This document shows positions 61,509 through 64,000 of a stretch of DNA of 64,000 nucleotides, piece after piece (within the stretch, counting starts at the first letter, position 1; every line of letters starts with the position of its first letter). The position numbers and the translations under genes are program-made. The DNA comes from Octopus vulgaris (lineage: Eukaryota), in NCBI GenBank assembly GCA_951406725.2, contig OX597818.1, forward strand, positions 91,078,001-91,142,000. The letters are read 5' to 3'. The notes below the pieces were generated by a model. That model was not told the DNA's origin. It saw only the letters and a program-made list of their open reading frames with translations, and ran no database searches.

Positions 61509-63489
61509 TACATACATATGAATCTTACTATTTGAAAACGATTGTGCCCACTTAATATGTTTCGCTATGCAGAAACTATCGTACATAAGAAGTTCACACC
61601 TTGTAAACCAAATCAAGGCTAGGGCAAAAACACTAAATATGCATTAAGGAAAAGAACTTCAAACAAGTGCATTAGAACGATATTATCTGTTTAGACTCAT
61701 AGAAAGGAGAAACAACCTAAATTAAATCAAAGGAAAATCTTTTCATTAGGAATGTATGATAGAATATCATGTATAGACCAAGACATTACTTGACCAGAAA
61801 GGAAATATATTGTCGTTGCCCTGGTGAAAAGGGGTAAAAAAAATAATAACTCGTTCTTAAGAACTTACATACTTCTGAATACTAGTTTAAAGCAGCCTGG
61901 AGTTTTCACAAAATGTAGTCTCTGAAAAAATCTTGTATTGTATAAATGGAAATTACTATAGCTACGATACTAATCCGTTACACTAATAACTGTTTTTAGA
62001 TTTACGTACGTATTAATATCTTTACACATCAGGCCTATAGATGCATTTATCTCCCTGCTTGCTGCTCGCTAATCTTTTCTGAATGTATTTTACGTGTGGA
62101 ACACATGTTCTTTTACTTCCTTTTAATCCTCCCCTTTACGTTTTTAATATACCTAACGGATTTTATCATTTTACGTTTTCCCATTCTGTTCTTTCACTCT
62201 TCTTGTTTTCTTTCTTGTCTTTTATTTTGCTTTTTTGTCCCCACTATAACACCTACAGAGAAATAACATACATTTTACTTTTATAGAAATATACGCCTCT
62301 TCCAATGGAAACTAAATCCCCACTAGTTTCATTTTGCCTTTTAATTTCTAATTACGATTTCCTTCTCTGTGTGTGGAAGATAAGTCAGTTGATATAGTGA
62401 TCAAATACCATATGATTTGTAAGTTCAAAAACAAGCAACCGTCCTATGGAGTGTTTGGACAAGGATCTATGTTATTCGCCTTTCATTCACCAAGCTTTGA
62501 CGAATAAAGTAACCCCCCGCTGCGACTTCTATTTGCTATTGTTCTCATCATTATTGCTGCTGCTACTGCCGTTTTTGTTGTTTTTGTTGTTGTTATTAAT
62601 AACATATCTATATTTTCCCCTAAAATAATAGAATATTCCATTGAAAATTAACAATCAGAGAGGGCTCGTGAAAGGAACAGTTCTGTAAGTACCATTTATG
62701 CTTCAACAATCTCTTCTTTTCGTCGATTACATTTATATTATATACTAACATTTACGTCTTCCTTTCATTTTGCATTTACAAATTTATTTTATGCTGACCG
62801 GAGGACATTACTGTCTGCTAAATGATAGATGCACACGAACTCAGTAAGGAAATGTTACCAGAACATTCACTCTAATAGAAGCAGCAACCAAATATCTCTA
62901 CTTTAATTCATATACCATAGATTAAAAGATAAGCCAATGGCACAGTGGGTAATTTTGTGTTTGATAATGTCATAGTAAAAAAAGAAGCGATTATGAAGAC
63001 ACAGATGAATTTGTTTATAGGTCTGTTCAGGAAACTCTGACCAAAAGTTAAACAAAAAGAATAATAATTCTATCTAACTAAAGGCACAAAGCTAAAATTA
63101 ATGGGAGGAGGCCTTTCGATTACATCAACCATAGTGCTCAACTGGCGCTTACTCTATCAAACCTGAAAGAACGTAAATTAAAGACGACCTCGGCAGAAAT
63201 TAAATTCGGAATAAAAAGACGGAACAAATTGCGCTAAGCACCATTTCTATTTTAAGCACCCTTTTATTTTATTTTATTTTAAACACAAGGCAGGAAATTT
63301 TGGCTCGCTGCTAAAACAATAATAGTGATGATAATGGTTTCAAATTTTGGCACAGGAACAGCAGTTTCGGGGGAGGGAATAATTCGATTAGATCGACCTC
63401 AGTGCTCAAATAGTACTGAGTTTCTTGACTGCGAAAGGATGAAGGTAAAGTCGATCTCGGTGGAATTTGAACTCAGAACGTAAAGACAA

Positions 63490-63905
63490 ATCTCCTTTCC
63501 TGTTTGTTGTCTGCATACTGCCACTAACAAACGTTTTCAGAAAGATGTTTGTGGGGTACATGTTAGGCAGGTGAAAATAAAAACCTGTGTTTTGTGGATG
63601 ACCTAAAGCTATCGCTAGTGTTTGACGGAAACTCTGTAGATGATTAGCAAAGATATTGGCAGGTATTTGGGATCGAGAAATGTGATGTAATGATTCTCAA
63701 AAGTGGGGAAATCAGCAAAAGCCATGGGATCAAGCTGGAAAGTGGGGAAACTATAAAGTAGGTCGGAGAGGAAGGATATAAAGACCTGGGTGTCATGGTT
63801 AGGGATAAGATGAATGAACACGAGATGAAAGAAATGTACAGGAGAGAGTATTTGAGGAGAACTCGGCTTTTGATCCAATTGAACCTAATTTGCTGCTATG
63901 TGGGT
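63490..63905 (+). mobile_element. R4/Dong-like non-LTR reverse transcriptase fragment
   Basis: FVDDLKL, DIG..FGIEKC, GYKDLGV, EMKEMYRREYLRRTRLL across frames. Confidence 0.7.
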
Positions 63906-64000
63906 TGTTGCTTTGATGAGCTATGGGGTAGGAATAGTATCATGAAAGAAGCATTAATTACAAGAGACAAACCCTAGAACACGCAAATTAATGACAATCA

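Overview
AT-rich, microsatellite-dense eukaryotic DNA, almost certainly an octopod cephalopod given the S-crystallin and the SINE types. It holds one complete protein-coding gene: a six-exon, + strand S-crystallin (sigma-class GST-derived lens protein), CDS join(22821..22959,33651..33746,36698..36813,38961..38990,40483..40590,42313..42477), 217 aa. It has a 30-nt loop micro-exon, a CCAAT/AP-1/TATA promoter and a poly(A) signal. The rest is repeats: tRNA-type SINE families, Tc1/mariner and maT-like relics, two non-autonomous Helitrons, Tx1-, R4/Dong- and RTE-like LINE fragments, Penelope-like RT and GIY-YIG remnants, and many foldbacks. Nearly all ORFs in the track are microsatellite artefacts. 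The most striking unannotated signal is a set of hammerhead-ribozyme (HHR) motifs in several unrelated short elements sitting at (TA)n microsatellites. These include a canonical sense-strand HHR in crystallin intron 1 within a 629-bp retrozyme-like element, and a young inverted double-HHR insertion flanked by a 70-bp duplication. Well-flanked minus-strand exon candidates suggest the crystallin may be nested antisense in another transcription unit. Alignments and folds were done by eye, and repeat boundaries are approximate.
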